Origin: Chlamydiales bacterium
GTDB taxonomy: Bacteria; Chlamydiota; Chlamydiia; Chlamydiales; JBDQID01
Reading direction: 5' to 3'
NCBI GenBank assembly: GCA_047611865.1
Contig: JBLFWS010000012.1
Location: forward strand, 1 to 36,335
DNA length: 36,335 nt
Shown: piece after piece, positions 1 to 9,688 of the stretch
Layout of the letters: each line of letters begins with the position of its first letter
Numbering within the stretch: the first letter of the stretch is position 1
Position numbers and translations under genes: made by a program
Notes under the pieces: model-generated
Seen by the model: the letters and a program-made list of their open reading frames with translations, nothing else
What the model was told of the DNA's origin: nothing
Databases searched by the model: none

Positions 1-170
1 CCAAAATCAAATTTGTCTAATCCATTTTCTAGACATTTTGTATTAATAATTTTCTCATTTCTTTGAGCAGTGCTTAACATGAACTCTAATACCTTTTTTT
101 GTAAATAAAAGAAATAGAGCTAGTTAAGCATTAAAGTTTATGTCAAGAAAAAGATGTGTAGAACTGTAAG

Positions 171-212
171 CGCTCTTGCACTGGGCTACCTTCTGCAACC
201 CACTTCGTGGGT
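171..212. repeat. Partial copy of dispersed structured repeat family A
   Basis: cgctcttgcactgggctaccttctgcaacccacttcgtgggt aligns with cgcacttgcactgggctacactccataacccacattcgtgggt at 23941-23983. Confidence 0.85.
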
Positions 213-270
213 AAGGATTATTCTATTTTATCCTTGCTCTTACGGCCACTTACAACCTTAGCTTGATGTG

Positions 271-296
271 TATGGGGCGGCCCCCATAACCCGCCC
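271..296. repeat. REP-like GC hairpin (family B)
   Basis: tatgggg-cggc-ccccata followed by acccgcc; resembles tatggggctttgccccaaaccccacc at 10765-10790. Confidence 0.5.
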
Positions 297-402
297 TCTT
301 AACTATTAAGTTCTACCAACTTCATAGATTTTGCTTTACAGAAGTGTATATTCAGCGATCAGATCTCCAGGCTGTACCTTTCTAGCCCTACGCAGCAAAA
401 GA

Positions 403-1980
403 TTAGAGAAGAGGTGAGTTAAATCCATATGATTTTCTATACAACCCTAGGGAGTGTATACCATCCCTTAAATGCTCGACTCTTTTGATACCATTTTTGT
501 CGATGATAAGACGGAATTTTTTTAGTTCGCATTGTTCTTTAAGATCTTTGTCGAAAAATCGATTCACCATGATCATGTTTAAGTGGTAGACCTTAGGAAG
601 GCGTTTTTCTCCGATTAGAAGATTATCTTGATTCAAACTGGCGTAGGAGCTGAAGGCATTACTGGCCTTGTGCAGGAATTCATGAATGTTAAAACGGAAG
701 ATTGTGTTTAATCCCAATCTTCGGGCGTGATTTTTGGCAGAGCAATTTTTAAGTATCATTCTTTTCTTGTAGTAGATGACCTTTTCATGGCGGCGGAAGG
801 TTTCTAAAACAGTGTGAAATTGTTGGTCCCGTGTGTCGCGGATGTTTTTAGGGATTTTATCTTCGTCAACCCAAGTAAAGGATTCAGTGAGTTTTCCAAT
901 GGCCGTCTTGCCATCGGGAGTACGAATCTCAGTGGTGTAGTCGGGGAACCATTTAAAAGCTTTACGTTGGTAGAGAGTCTTGATTCCTTCTTTCATGCGG
1001 TCCTTTAAAATATAAAGGAAGGTCGTGATGATAACAAAGGGGATGGAATTGATGACGAAGACTTCTCCTTGCCAGATAAAAAGGATGAGGTAAACGAGCA
1101 TGGCTAGGCCCGCGGCGAAAGAGCCGATAAAATGTGCATATTTTTGTAAGTTGGCTTTTCTTTTCACTGTTAGTAAGAGGGCATCGAGTACAAACTGGTT
1201 CAAGAGTCCTTTGCGATAGAGTATGTATTCGTTTTCCATCGTGTCTTCAACGTTTCCCTTTGGCTCCAGGGACTTTTTCTCTCTTCTCTCTCTTTCTTGG
1301 ATAAGGATAGAACATAGATTTGCATCAGCAGACTTTAGGTCTTCGTGTTCTGAAGTGCGTAGTTCATCGAGGAGTCCTGTGGTATAATAGTCAATGGAAT
1401 CGCTGATGAAGTCATTAACATAGTGGAAATGCTTCAATAGTAGAGGATGTGTCCAAGTTTGAGAAAAGTTTTCTTGTAGAGGTTGAAACATTTCGAAAAA
1501 GCGATAGACGTCCTTCTGGTATGCCGAGATTTCATGGCTCCACTCTTCATTATTTACAGAAGGGTTATTCAGCTTATCGATAAGTTCATTTACGGATTTT
1601 CTAAGAGCGCTGCGAACGATATTTCCCAAGAGCTTTACTTCGTCTTGGATGATTTCAACGTTTTCCATGGAATGGGGTTTCGTAATGAGTTCATAGATAC
1701 GTGCTAAAGGAGATAATGGGTTCTCTGGATCCAAGAGTTCTTCAAAGGTAAATTCTGGGGTCTTATAGCGAATGAGATTCGTTTGGTCCCTATAGAACTG
1801 TTTTTTTGAATAGGTGTTGGAGTTGACTTGCAGAACATTGGGGATAAATAGGTAGAATTCTTGAGTATGAGCATTGTTTGATAAGTTCGGAACTGGGGTA
1901 AAATCTGACTTTAACTCGAATTGAAGATTATCCCTGAATCGGATGTCCCCCTCTGCTATTTCTTTCCAGAATTTATCCAT
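403..1980 (-). CDS. Hypothetical membrane protein (525 aa, two predicted TM helices)
   Basis: Long ATG ORF; hydrophobic hairpin FIGSFAAGLAMLVYLILFIW / FVINSIPFVIITTFLYIL flanked by soluble domains; no catalytic motif recognised. Confidence 0.85.
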   Translation of the reverse strand: MDKFWKEIAEGDIRFRDNLQFELKSDFTPVPNLSNNAHTQEFYLFIPNVLQVNSNTYSKKQFYRDQTNLIRYKTPEFTFEELLDPENPLSPLARIYELITKPHSMENVEIIQDEVKLLGNIVRSALRKSVNELIDKLNNPSVNNEEWSHEISAYQKDVYRFFEMFQPLQENFSQTWTHPLLLKHFHYVNDFISDSIDYYTTGLLDELRTSEHEDLKSADANLCSILIQERERREKKSLEPKGNVEDTMENEYILYRKGLLNQFVLDALLLTVKRKANLQKYAHFIGSFAAGLAMLVYLILFIWQGEVFVINSIPFVIITTFLYILKDRMKEGIKTLYQRKAFKWFPDYTTEIRTPDGKTAIGKLTESFTWVDEDKIPKNIRDTRDQQFHTVLETFRRHEKVIYYKKRMILKNCSAKNHARRLGLNTIFRFNIHEFLHKASNAFSSYASLNQDNLLIGEKRLPKVYHLNMIMVNRFFDKDLKEQCELKKFRLIIDKNGIKRVEHLRDGIHSLGLYRKSYGFNSPLL

Positions 1981-2165
1981 AATATCCTAGTGAATTTGAA
2001 CTGCTTACCTTTTTCTATCGTAAAAGTAATGGAATATTTGGTCAAATTTTTATTTGTAGGCCTTGGTGCATAGATGTTTATACATATTATTAATTTACAT
2101 TAATTGTAATACTAGAGTACAATAGGTTCCTGTTTTTATTTTAAATAAATGACGACTTAGTTGTT

Positions 2166-3638
2166 TTGTATATGTTTATTGTTGATTACTTAAAATCTAG
2201 TATTGAGCGCCCTGATTACAGCCTTTTACAAGGAAGTGAAAGGATCGCTGCTTTGGGGAAGGCAAACTTTTTTTCCCGTTGTATCCGCTATATCTGTCCA
2301 AAAGAAGCAAAAAAACAGGATCTCAAACTTGCTGAGCTCGTATACCAGCGTCTTAAGGATGCCGATGTTGTAGATCTCAAAGAATCCTTTACTGATGCAA
2401 AAATATTTATTAATAGTCATCAAGGGGTCTTAACAAGACTTGATGACTTATTTTATGCCCATAAAGTCCAGACTGCTTTAGGTGTAGAGATATCTAGGCT
2501 TCTAGAAGTTGATTCTGATGGTAAAAAGGGATTGCTGTGCTTTCTCCGAAAGAATCATTTGCAAAGAGTGATTCCAAAAGCAAATGTGCGGGATACGAAA
2601 ACTGCGATTGTATTCGATAAAAAACGGGCTTATATCCGTTGTAATGAAAACGGCCAGGATTTCCTGAATTGTCGTAGTAAAATAAAATTGATTCTTAGTC
2701 GGATAGGCAGTAGTCACCCGGATTACGTCAGCCTTCAGCGTTTAAGCGATTTATTTGAATTGTCAAATAAATCGGAACTTGACTCTGCGTGTCTGGAGGA
2801 GATTGGCCAACTGCGTAAAGAGCTTCACAAGCACAATTACTCTTATATTCCAGTAGATAAATTGCCATTATTTAAAACCGGGTACTTATCAAATAAGAGG
2901 TTCCTTATTCAGGGGATTGAAGAGTGTCGAGTCAAGAATTGGAAGGGCCAGCTAAAAGCTTCTCATTTGGAAAAATCTGATGACGAAACCTATGAATTCC
3001 GTGTTGTCACGAGGCTTCCATCCTATGCTAATGAGAAAGGAATGAGATTTTTAAGTTCTTTTTTTTCTCATGTCATGGCTTTTATGAGAAAAGGTCACGG
3101 TCATTCATGGATAGAAATAGCAAAACCAATCTATAGTGAAGATGGAGATTTTACTGGGCAAAAGGAAATTATAACGGTGGGATATTTTCTTTCAAATGGC
3201 ACGAAGTCTCCTGATCCGGCAATATATGCTCCAGCCCCCAATAAGAAGGTGGAGAAGTATGCCATCACCGAAAAGGCTTACGAAACATCTGTGAAATACG
3301 TCAACTATGTCAATAAGATGGCGAATGAGTCTAATCATAAATGGACGGCTATTCCTGAAGGGAGTGATTTAACGTGTTCTGATGTCAAGAAAATAACACG
3401 TGTGTACAAAAGCATGATCAAAGGAACTTGTATGAATTTTACTACTGAATTGAAAAATCAGGTTTTGGGCCTTGACCATGATCCACGGGGGGTGTTTCGC
3501 AGAAGCCTCTTCCCTCAGAAATTCATTCGATTTTTGGATAAATTCGACAGGATTTTTGAAAAGAATTCCTATCTGAAAAAGGCTGTTTCGCCTTTCTCTT
3601 TTCTTATTCGTGTGCAGCTGCCTTGTAATGTAGCATAA
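2166..3638 (+). CDS. Putative effector with C-terminal permuted papain-like (His...Cys) domain
   Basis: 490-aa ORF (true start possibly ATG 2172); GHSWIE and KGTCMNF motifs are conserved in the adjacent paralog. Confidence 0.75.
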   Translation: MYMFIVDYLKSSIERPDYSLLQGSERIAALGKANFFSRCIRYICPKEAKKQDLKLAELVYQRLKDADVVDLKESFTDAKIFINSHQGVLTRLDDLFYAHKVQTALGVEISRLLEVDSDGKKGLLCFLRKNHLQRVIPKANVRDTKTAIVFDKKRAYIRCNENGQDFLNCRSKIKLILSRIGSSHPDYVSLQRLSDLFELSNKSELDSACLEEIGQLRKELHKHNYSYIPVDKLPLFKTGYLSNKRFLIQGIEECRVKNWKGQLKASHLEKSDDETYEFRVVTRLPSYANEKGMRFLSSFFSHVMAFMRKGHGHSWIEIAKPIYSEDGDFTGQKEIITVGYFLSNGTKSPDPAIYAPAPNKKVEKYAITEKAYETSVKYVNYVNKMANESNHKWTAIPEGSDLTCSDVKKITRVYKSMIKGTCMNFTTELKNQVLGLDHDPRGVFRRSLFPQKFIRFLDKFDRIFEKNSYLKKAVSPFSFLIRVQLPCNVA

Positions 3639-3822
3639 TCCCACGGTTGCATTAATTACCGATTATAACTTACAAAGAATTCCCTTATCTTATGTTCTTG
3701 CATAGAGGTGTTCTATCGGAAATGTTGATTCGAGCACAGAATTAAGTGCGCTTAGTTTTTTACAGGCATCATATGCCGAAAAAAGTGAAAAGCCTCATTA
3801 CGAGATTCGTGTAGTCTCAAGG

Positions 3823-4452
3823 TTGCCTGATTATTCAGATCAGCATGGGGCGCAATATGCGGCTTCACTTGCTATGAACATTGTGAAAATGGAAAGTAGC
3901 TTTGGGCATTCCTGGGTGGAGCTTGCAAGGCCTATTTATGACGATAAAGGGCAATTTAAAAAATCAATGGAAGTAAGTAGTGTAGGTTTTTTTATTATAA
4001 AAGGGATGAAGTCACCTGATCCTGGCATATATGACTCTGAGAGTAAAAAGAGTGTTGTAGTGTCCGTCATCAAAAAAACAGACTACAAAAAATCAGTAAA
4101 ATACATTCAGCGCCTAAGCTCGATGATCAATGCTCCTTACAGGGATTGGACAGCTGTTCCAAAAGGAGGCGGTTTAAGTCGTAAAGAAATTAGAGAAATT
4201 AGTAAAATATATAAAAGTTCGGTGAAAGGGACATGTACGAATTTTGCTAATGAATTTAACAATACTATTGCCGGGAAGAATCATGACTCAAGGGATTACT
4301 TGAGAAAGACGATTTTTCCACGAACCGTTATCAGATATCTTGACCGATTTGATTGGTTTTTTGAGAGTCACTTTCTTTTGAAAAAAATTGCGGAGCCTTT
4401 CGCCTTTATTTTAGGAGCTCAGATTCCCGCTAACATGATTTTAGATCAATAG
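3823..4452 (+). CDS. 5'-truncated paralog of the upstream gene (catalytic domain only; possible pseudogene)
   Basis: GHSWVELARPIY..SPDPGIY..KGTCTNF match 2166-3638. Homology continues in frame upstream of the TTG (LQASYAEKSEKPHYEIRVVSRLP vs LKASHLEKSDDETYEFRVVTRLP); the nearest upstream in-frame stop is TAG 3703-3705 with no ATG between. Confidence 0.65.
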   Translation: MPDYSDQHGAQYAASLAMNIVKMESSFGHSWVELARPIYDDKGQFKKSMEVSSVGFFIIKGMKSPDPGIYDSESKKSVVVSVIKKTDYKKSVKYIQRLSSMINAPYRDWTAVPKGGGLSRKEIREISKIYKSSVKGTCTNFANEFNNTIAGKNHDSRDYLRKTIFPRTVIRYLDRFDWFFESHFLLKKIAEPFAFILGAQIPANMILDQ

Positions 4453-4599
4453 GACAAAGGATTCAATCGCATTGAGTATTACCAAATTGCGATTTGCTTA
4501 TTAGAGCATAAACTCGCTGTTGATATCCATAAAAATACTTTTAATTTACTTCAACCTGTGCCATCTTTGTCTTAATAGAACGAAGAGGGAAACGTCATT

Positions 4600-6342
4600 A
4601 TGTTGAGTGTATTTAAGAAACCAGCATTATTGTTATTTTTAGTATGTGCATTTACTGCACTTTATGTGGGGAAATATGTTTCGCCCACATGGACATCAGA
4701 AAAGATTACGCTGGATATGCAGCTCGATGAGGATGGTAAACTCTATTATTTATTCGAAGAAAAACCTCTATTCGTGTCTAAGAATAGCCTCGTTCCCTAC
4801 GCAAATTCAGCACTCCATCCCACCACTTTAGCTTCTCTGAACGGCGGAGCTCCATCTGCTTTAGAGGAATACGTGATCGAAGAGGAAGGGGGGAAGACAT
4901 CGTACTACCTTATGAAAGTTCAAAGGCATTGGCAATACTGGTCCCTATTACCCGCTTTAGTAGCCCTCGGACTATGCTGGATAAATAAAGAACCTATAAC
5001 TTCCCTTTTTGGGGGGATCATTATTGGAGCTCTGTTATTAGGCAAATATGACATTACCGAAGATGTTCTCGTTGTTGAGCTAAGCCAAAAAAGTGCAGCA
5101 GGTATTATTGTACTCTATCTCTGGCTATTGGGTGGATTAATGGGTATTTGGTCCAGGACAGGTGCGGCAAAAGCCTTTGCAGACCTTATGACCAAGCACT
5201 TCGTTCGAGGACCTAGAAGTGCAAAGCTTGTGGCATGGTTTCTGGGAGTTATCTTTTTTCAAGGAGGGACTGTCAGTACGGTTCTTGTAGGGACTACAGT
5301 TAAACCTATTGCCGATGAGAACAACGTCAGCCACGAAGAGCTGGCCTACGTTGTGGATTCGACAGCCTCACCGATTGCCTCACAGATAGCATTTAATGCT
5401 TGGCCGGGATACGTCCAGGCATTTATCTTTGTGGCAGGGGTGCCCTGGCTTGCAACAGAATCGGACAGAATAGCCTTCTTTTTTAAGAGTGTTCCTTTTT
5501 GCTACTATGCAATATTTGCGGTTTTAGGAACTTTCCTTTTCAGTATAGAAAAAATTCCAGTCTTCGGGAAGCAGCTCAGAGAGGCTATTATCAGAGCTCG
5601 TACCACCGGGCAGTTGGACGCTCCAGGGTCCAGCCCTCTTTCTGCCAAAGAGCTACAAGAAACGAAAATCCCCAAAGGCTATAAACCCAGTGTTTGGGAG
5701 TTTTTTCTGCCTCTCGGCCTTTTGATTTTTACAGCAATTGGTACCTTTATCGCGACAGGAACACCCAATGTGCGTTGGGCTTTTGGAGGGGCTTTGCTAT
5801 TGGCTCTGGGGATGGCTCTTTTTAAAGGGATGTCTATCCATGATGCAATGGAGGGTATCGCTGACGGCTTAAAGGGTGTGGTCGTTGGTTCTGTGATTCT
5901 TTTGTTAGCGATTATCATTGGAGAAATTAGTAAGGATACGGGTGGGGGCTTGTATCTTGTAGAGCTTCTAAAAGATAGTATTCCCTATTGGGGACTGCCA
6001 GTTCTCCTGCAAATATTGACGATGATTATCGCCTTTTCTACAGGAACTAGTTGGGGGACATATGCGATAACCTTTCCTTTGGCCATGCCTCTAGCGTGGG
6101 CAATTGCTAGTAGTCAAGGGGTAGCTCATCCTGAATTTTATATGACTATTTGTTTTGCGGCAGTGATGGACGGCAGCGTTTTTGGGGATCAGTGCTCACC
6201 GATATCTGATACGACAGTTCTTAGCTCGATGTGCACAGGATGTGATCTTATGGATCACGTAAAAACGCAGATACCTCAGGCTAGTGTAGCGGCAATTTTA
6301 GCGGCGTTTGGTTGGACGGCGACGGTATATTTCTTTGCTTGA
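4600..6342 (+). CDS. NhaC-family Na+/H+ antiporter-like transporter
   Basis: Many TM segments; motifs [61 protein letters not shown]. Confidence 0.9.
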   Translation: MLSVFKKPALLLFLVCAFTALYVGKYVSPTWTSEKITLDMQLDEDGKLYYLFEEKPLFVSKNSLVPYANSALHPTTLASLNGGAPSALEEYVIEEEGGKTSYYLMKVQRHWQYWSLLPALVALGLCWINKEPITSLFGGIIIGALLLGKYDITEDVLVVELSQKSAAGIIVLYLWLLGGLMGIWSRTGAAKAFADLMTKHFVRGPRSAKLVAWFLGVIFFQGGTVSTVLVGTTVKPIADENNVSHEELAYVVDSTASPIASQIAFNAWPGYVQAFIFVAGVPWLATESDRIAFFFKSVPFCYYAIFAVLGTFLFSIEKIPVFGKQLREAIIRARTTGQLDAPGSSPLSAKELQETKIPKGYKPSVWEFFLPLGLLIFTAIGTFIATGTPNVRWAFGGALLLALGMALFKGMSIHDAMEGIADGLKGVVVGSVILLLAIIIGEISKDTGGGLYLVELLKDSIPYWGLPVLLQILTMIIAFSTGTSWGTYAITFPLAMPLAWAIASSQGVAHPEFYMTICFAAVMDGSVFGDQCSPISDTTVLSSMCTGCDLMDHVKTQIPQASVAAILAAFGWTATVYFFA

Positions 6343-6488
6343 TCTTTGCAAATTGTTAGGATCGCCCCTTAGGAATTCTTAGTCTATTTCTTTTGAGGTG
6401 AAGAGCTGAAGGTAGAGAGTGGGGAACTTGCATTTTTTTCTTTACGCCTTTAAAGTTTCGATTTTTATGCAAAAGGACAGGTGTAGCA

Positions 6489-7280
6489 GTGAATCATTAC
6501 AATTTAAAAGATAAACGAGCTCTTGTTTGCGGTAGCAGTAAAGGGATTGGGAGAGCCGTAGCGGAGGAGTTTGCAAGGTTAGGGGCCTCAGTTACACTAG
6601 TGGCACGCAATAAGGATGCATTGCAGGAAGTGATCTCGGAGCTGCATTGTGAAGGGGAGCAGGAACATAATTTTTTTTCAGCAGACTTTTCAGAACCGGA
6701 ACAATTCAAAGATAAACTTGATGAGTTTTTGTCTGGCCAGGAAGCTATTCATATTTTGGTGAACAATTCTGGAGGGCCTCCAGGAGGCGACATTGCTGTA
6801 GCTAGCCTGGAAGAATTTCAAAATGCACTTACCCAGCACCTACTTTCAAGCCAAATTCTTTTGCAAGCTCTTCTCCCAGGGATGAAAGACAATGGATATG
6901 GCAGAATTATAAACATCATTTCTACTTCAGTAAAACAGCCGATCCCTGGCTTGGGTGTTTCCAATTCTATCAGGGGGGCAGTAGCGAACTGGTCAAAGAC
7001 TCTTGCCGGTGAGTTGGGACCATACGGCATAACGGTTAATAACGTCTTACCTGGATTTACTGCGACCGATCGTTTGGATAGTATACTCGGGGCAAAAGCA
7101 GAAAAAGGCGGAAAGACTCTGGAACAAGTGAAAAAGGAGTCCTTGCGATTAGTTCCGATGGGTCGCTTTGCAGCGCCAGAAGAAGTAGCTTTCGCAGTAT
7201 CTTTCCTCGCTTCACCAGCAGCGGCATTTGTTACGGGGATTAATTTGCCTGTGGATGGAGGGCGCACCGCTTGCCTATAA
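6489..7280 (+). CDS. Short-chain dehydrogenase/reductase, first gene of the lower kynurenine-pathway operon
   Basis: CGSSKGIG Rossmann motif, ILVNNSGG, GITVNNVLPG, VDGG; atypical SNSIR in place of YxxxK. Confidence 0.92.
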   Translation: MNHYNLKDKRALVCGSSKGIGRAVAEEFARLGASVTLVARNKDALQEVISELHCEGEQEHNFFSADFSEPEQFKDKLDEFLSGQEAIHILVNNSGGPPGGDIAVASLEEFQNALTQHLLSSQILLQALLPGMKDNGYGRIINIISTSVKQPIPGLGVSNSIRGAVANWSKTLAGELGPYGITVNNVLPGFTATDRLDSILGAKAEKGGKTLEQVKKESLRLVPMGRFAAPEEVAFAVSFLASPAAAFVTGINLPVDGGRTACL

Positions 7281-8719
7281 AGAAAATAGAAAATTTCATT
7301 GGGGGAGAGTTTGTCCCACCCATTTCAGGAGAATATTTAGATAACTTTAATCCAGCAACGGGGCAAGCCTATTCACTGTTGCCCGATTCTGATGAGAGGG
7401 ATGTTCAGAGAGCTGTAGAAGCTGCTGAAAAGGCATTCCCTTCTTGGTCGCAAAGTAGTCTTGCTGATAGAGAGGGTGTTCTCCTAAAGATTGCTTCAGG
7501 GATTAGTGATAAGTTAGAAGATTTGGCTTATGCAGAATCTGTGGATAACGGAAAGCCGTTAACACTTGCGCGCAGTGTGGATATACCAAGAGCTGCAGAA
7601 AACTTTCGCTTCTTTGCAACTGCTATGACACACTTTCATAGCGAGTCACATTCAATGGGCCGTCAGGCAATAAATTATACCTTGAGAGAACCTGTGGGAG
7701 TCGTTGGATGTATATCCCCCTGGAATCTTCCTCTTTACCTCTTTAGCTGGAAAGTGGCTCCGGCAATAGCTTCAGGGAATTGTGTGGTGGCTAAGCCCTC
7801 AGAGCTTACTCCTATGACGGCGTTTTTGTTTTCCCAAATTTGTAACGAAGCAGGGCTACCTCCCGGAGTTTTAAATATTGTACACGGGGTTGGTCGTAAA
7901 GCGGGTGCAGCGATTGCTGCCCACCCAGGAATACGGGCAGTTTCATTTACAGGAGGTACAGCTACTGGTGCGGAGATAGCCAGGACTTCTGCTCCCATGT
8001 TTAAAAAGCTTTCATTAGAGTTGGGTGGCAAAAATGCGAGTATAATTTTTTCTGATTGTGAATACAAAAAAGCCCTCGAAGGAGTCTTGCAATCATCATT
8101 TGCGAACCAAGGGCAGATTTGTCTTTGTGGCTCGAGAATTTTTGTAGAGAGATCTTTGTATACGAAGTTTCGCGATGACCTAGTGTCATCGGCAAAAGGG
8201 CTTTTAGTTGGGGATCCCTTGCAAGAGGGGGTGCTGCAAGGGGCAGTTATTTCCTCACAGCATAAGAGAAAAATCCTCGATTGCGTAGAGCGTGCCAAAA
8301 GAGAAGGGGGAGTGATCCTCTGTGGGGGTGTTGAAGCCATCATTAATGGCCGATGTCGAGAAGGGAGTTTTGTATTCCCTACCGTTATTGAAGGATTGGA
8401 TTACGATTCCCTCACAAATCGCGAAGAAATTTTTGGTCCAGTCGTTAGCATAATGCCTTTTGATCAAGAAGACGAAGTGGTCACTTACGCAAATAGCACA
8501 GATTATGGACTAGCTTCTATGATTTGGACAAAAGATCTTTCCAGAGCACACCGCCTTGCAGCAGCCATGAAAACAGGAATCGTTTGGATCAACAGCTGGA
8601 TGCTCCGGGATCTACGCACTCCCTTTGGTGGGATGAAACATTCAGGCGTTGGCAGAGAAGGGGGAGTAGAGGTATTGCGCTTCTTTACAGAACCGAAAAA
8701 TGTTTGTGTGACTATGTAA
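7271..8719 (+). CDS. 2-aminomuconate 6-semialdehyde dehydrogenase (ALDH8-like aldehyde dehydrogenase)
   Basis: ISPWNLPLYLFSWK, FTGGT, LELGGKN, GQICLCGSR, EEIFGPV, WMLRDLRTPFGG; TTG start with GGAGG upstream, overlapping the SDR stop; operon context. Confidence 0.88.
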   Translation: MPIKKIENFIGGEFVPPISGEYLDNFNPATGQAYSLLPDSDERDVQRAVEAAEKAFPSWSQSSLADREGVLLKIASGISDKLEDLAYAESVDNGKPLTLARSVDIPRAAENFRFFATAMTHFHSESHSMGRQAINYTLREPVGVVGCISPWNLPLYLFSWKVAPAIASGNCVVAKPSELTPMTAFLFSQICNEAGLPPGVLNIVHGVGRKAGAAIAAHPGIRAVSFTGGTATGAEIARTSAPMFKKLSLELGGKNASIIFSDCEYKKALEGVLQSSFANQGQICLCGSRIFVERSLYTKFRDDLVSSAKGLLVGDPLQEGVLQGAVISSQHKRKILDCVERAKREGGVILCGGVEAIINGRCREGSFVFPTVIEGLDYDSLTNREEIFGPVVSIMPFDQEDEVVTYANSTDYGLASMIWTKDLSRAHRLAAAMKTGIVWINSWMLRDLRTPFGGMKHSGVGREGGVEVLRFFTEPKNVCVTM

Positions 8720-8736
8720 ATAGAAAGGGAAAAATT

Positions 8737-9159
8737 GTGAGTCAGGATGATCTAGTGATATCAAGTCAAGCTCCTGAGCCTGTGGGTCTTTATCCCCATG
8801 CTCGTCGTGTGGGAAATCTCTTGTTTTTATCAGGAGTGGGACCACGCAAGCGTGGGGAAAAAGAAATCCCGGGTGTGACACTCGACCAAAATGGGCAAAT
8901 TGAGTCTTATGACATAGAAGCTCAGTGTCATTCGGTCTTCACTAACGTGCGCTACATCGTTGAAGATGCCGGAGCAAGCTGGGGAGACATCGTCGATGTG
9001 ACAGTGTACTTAACAAATATGAAGGATGATTTTGCGACCTTCAATCAAATATATGGGGATTACTTCAAAAATACTAGGCCTTGTAGGACGACTTTGGAAA
9101 TCAACTGTTTGCCTACACCAATAGCTATAGAACTGAAAGTTGTGGCATCAATTTCTTGA
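8737..9159 (+). CDS. RidA/YjgF-family protein, probable 2-aminomuconate deaminase
   Basis: APEPVGLYPHARRVGNLLFLSGVGPR..PCRTTLEINCLPTPIAIELK; GTG start at 8737 chosen over the ORF-track start inside the ALDH gene. Confidence 0.85.
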   Translation: MSQDDLVISSQAPEPVGLYPHARRVGNLLFLSGVGPRKRGEKEIPGVTLDQNGQIESYDIEAQCHSVFTNVRYIVEDAGASWGDIVDVTVYLTNMKDDFATFNQIYGDYFKNTRPCRTTLEINCLPTPIAIELKVVASIS

Positions 9160-9169
9160 GGAGGAAATA

Positions 9170-9688
9170 ATGGCAATTACCGCTCCGATTAATTTGAAAG
9201 AATGGGTAGAAGAGAATAGGGATTTACTGAAACCGCCAGTAGGTAACAAATGTGTTTATGAAGACAGCCAATCTTTTATCATGGTTGTAGGAGGACCGAA
9301 TCTTCGCAAAGATTATCACGTCAATGTGATGGAGGAATTCTTCTATCAGATTGAAGGAGATATCGTGCTCAAAACTGTTCAAGAGGGAAAGATTATTCCC
9401 ATCCCCATCAAAGAAGGGGAAATATTTCTTCTTCCACCAAACATCCCTCATTCCCCACAAAGACCCACAAACAGCGTAGGATTGGTACTAGAGCGTAAAA
9501 GGCCCTCCGGCAAGTTAGATGGTTTTAAATGGTTTTGCGAAGAATGCACAACAGTCTTGTACGAGGAAGAACTGCAGGTGACGAATATTGTGAAACAGCT
9601 ACCTCCCGTATTTGATCGTTTCTATGCAAAAAAAGAGAATCAAAAGTGCAAGAAATGCGATTGGGAAATGCAGGTACCAGCACGATGA
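9170..9688 (+). CDS. nbaC: 3-hydroxyanthranilate 3,4-dioxygenase
   Basis: LLKPPVGNK, VGGPNLRKDYH..EEFFYQ, PHSPQR, CEEC/CKKC rubredoxin-like site; GAGGAGG RBS before ATG 9170. Confidence 0.97.
   Translation: MAITAPINLKEWVEENRDLLKPPVGNKCVYEDSQSFIMVVGGPNLRKDYHVNVMEEFFYQIEGDIVLKTVQEGKIIPIPIKEGEIFLLPPNIPHSPQRPTNSVGLVLERKRPSGKLDGFKWFCEECTTVLYEEELQVTNIVKQLPPVFDRFYAKKENQKCKKCDWEMQVPAR

Noticed and set aside
8524..8736. N-terminal extension of the RidA ORF
   Set aside because: Overlaps the ALDH gene out of frame; GTG 8737 with a purine-rich RBS gives a normal RidA length.
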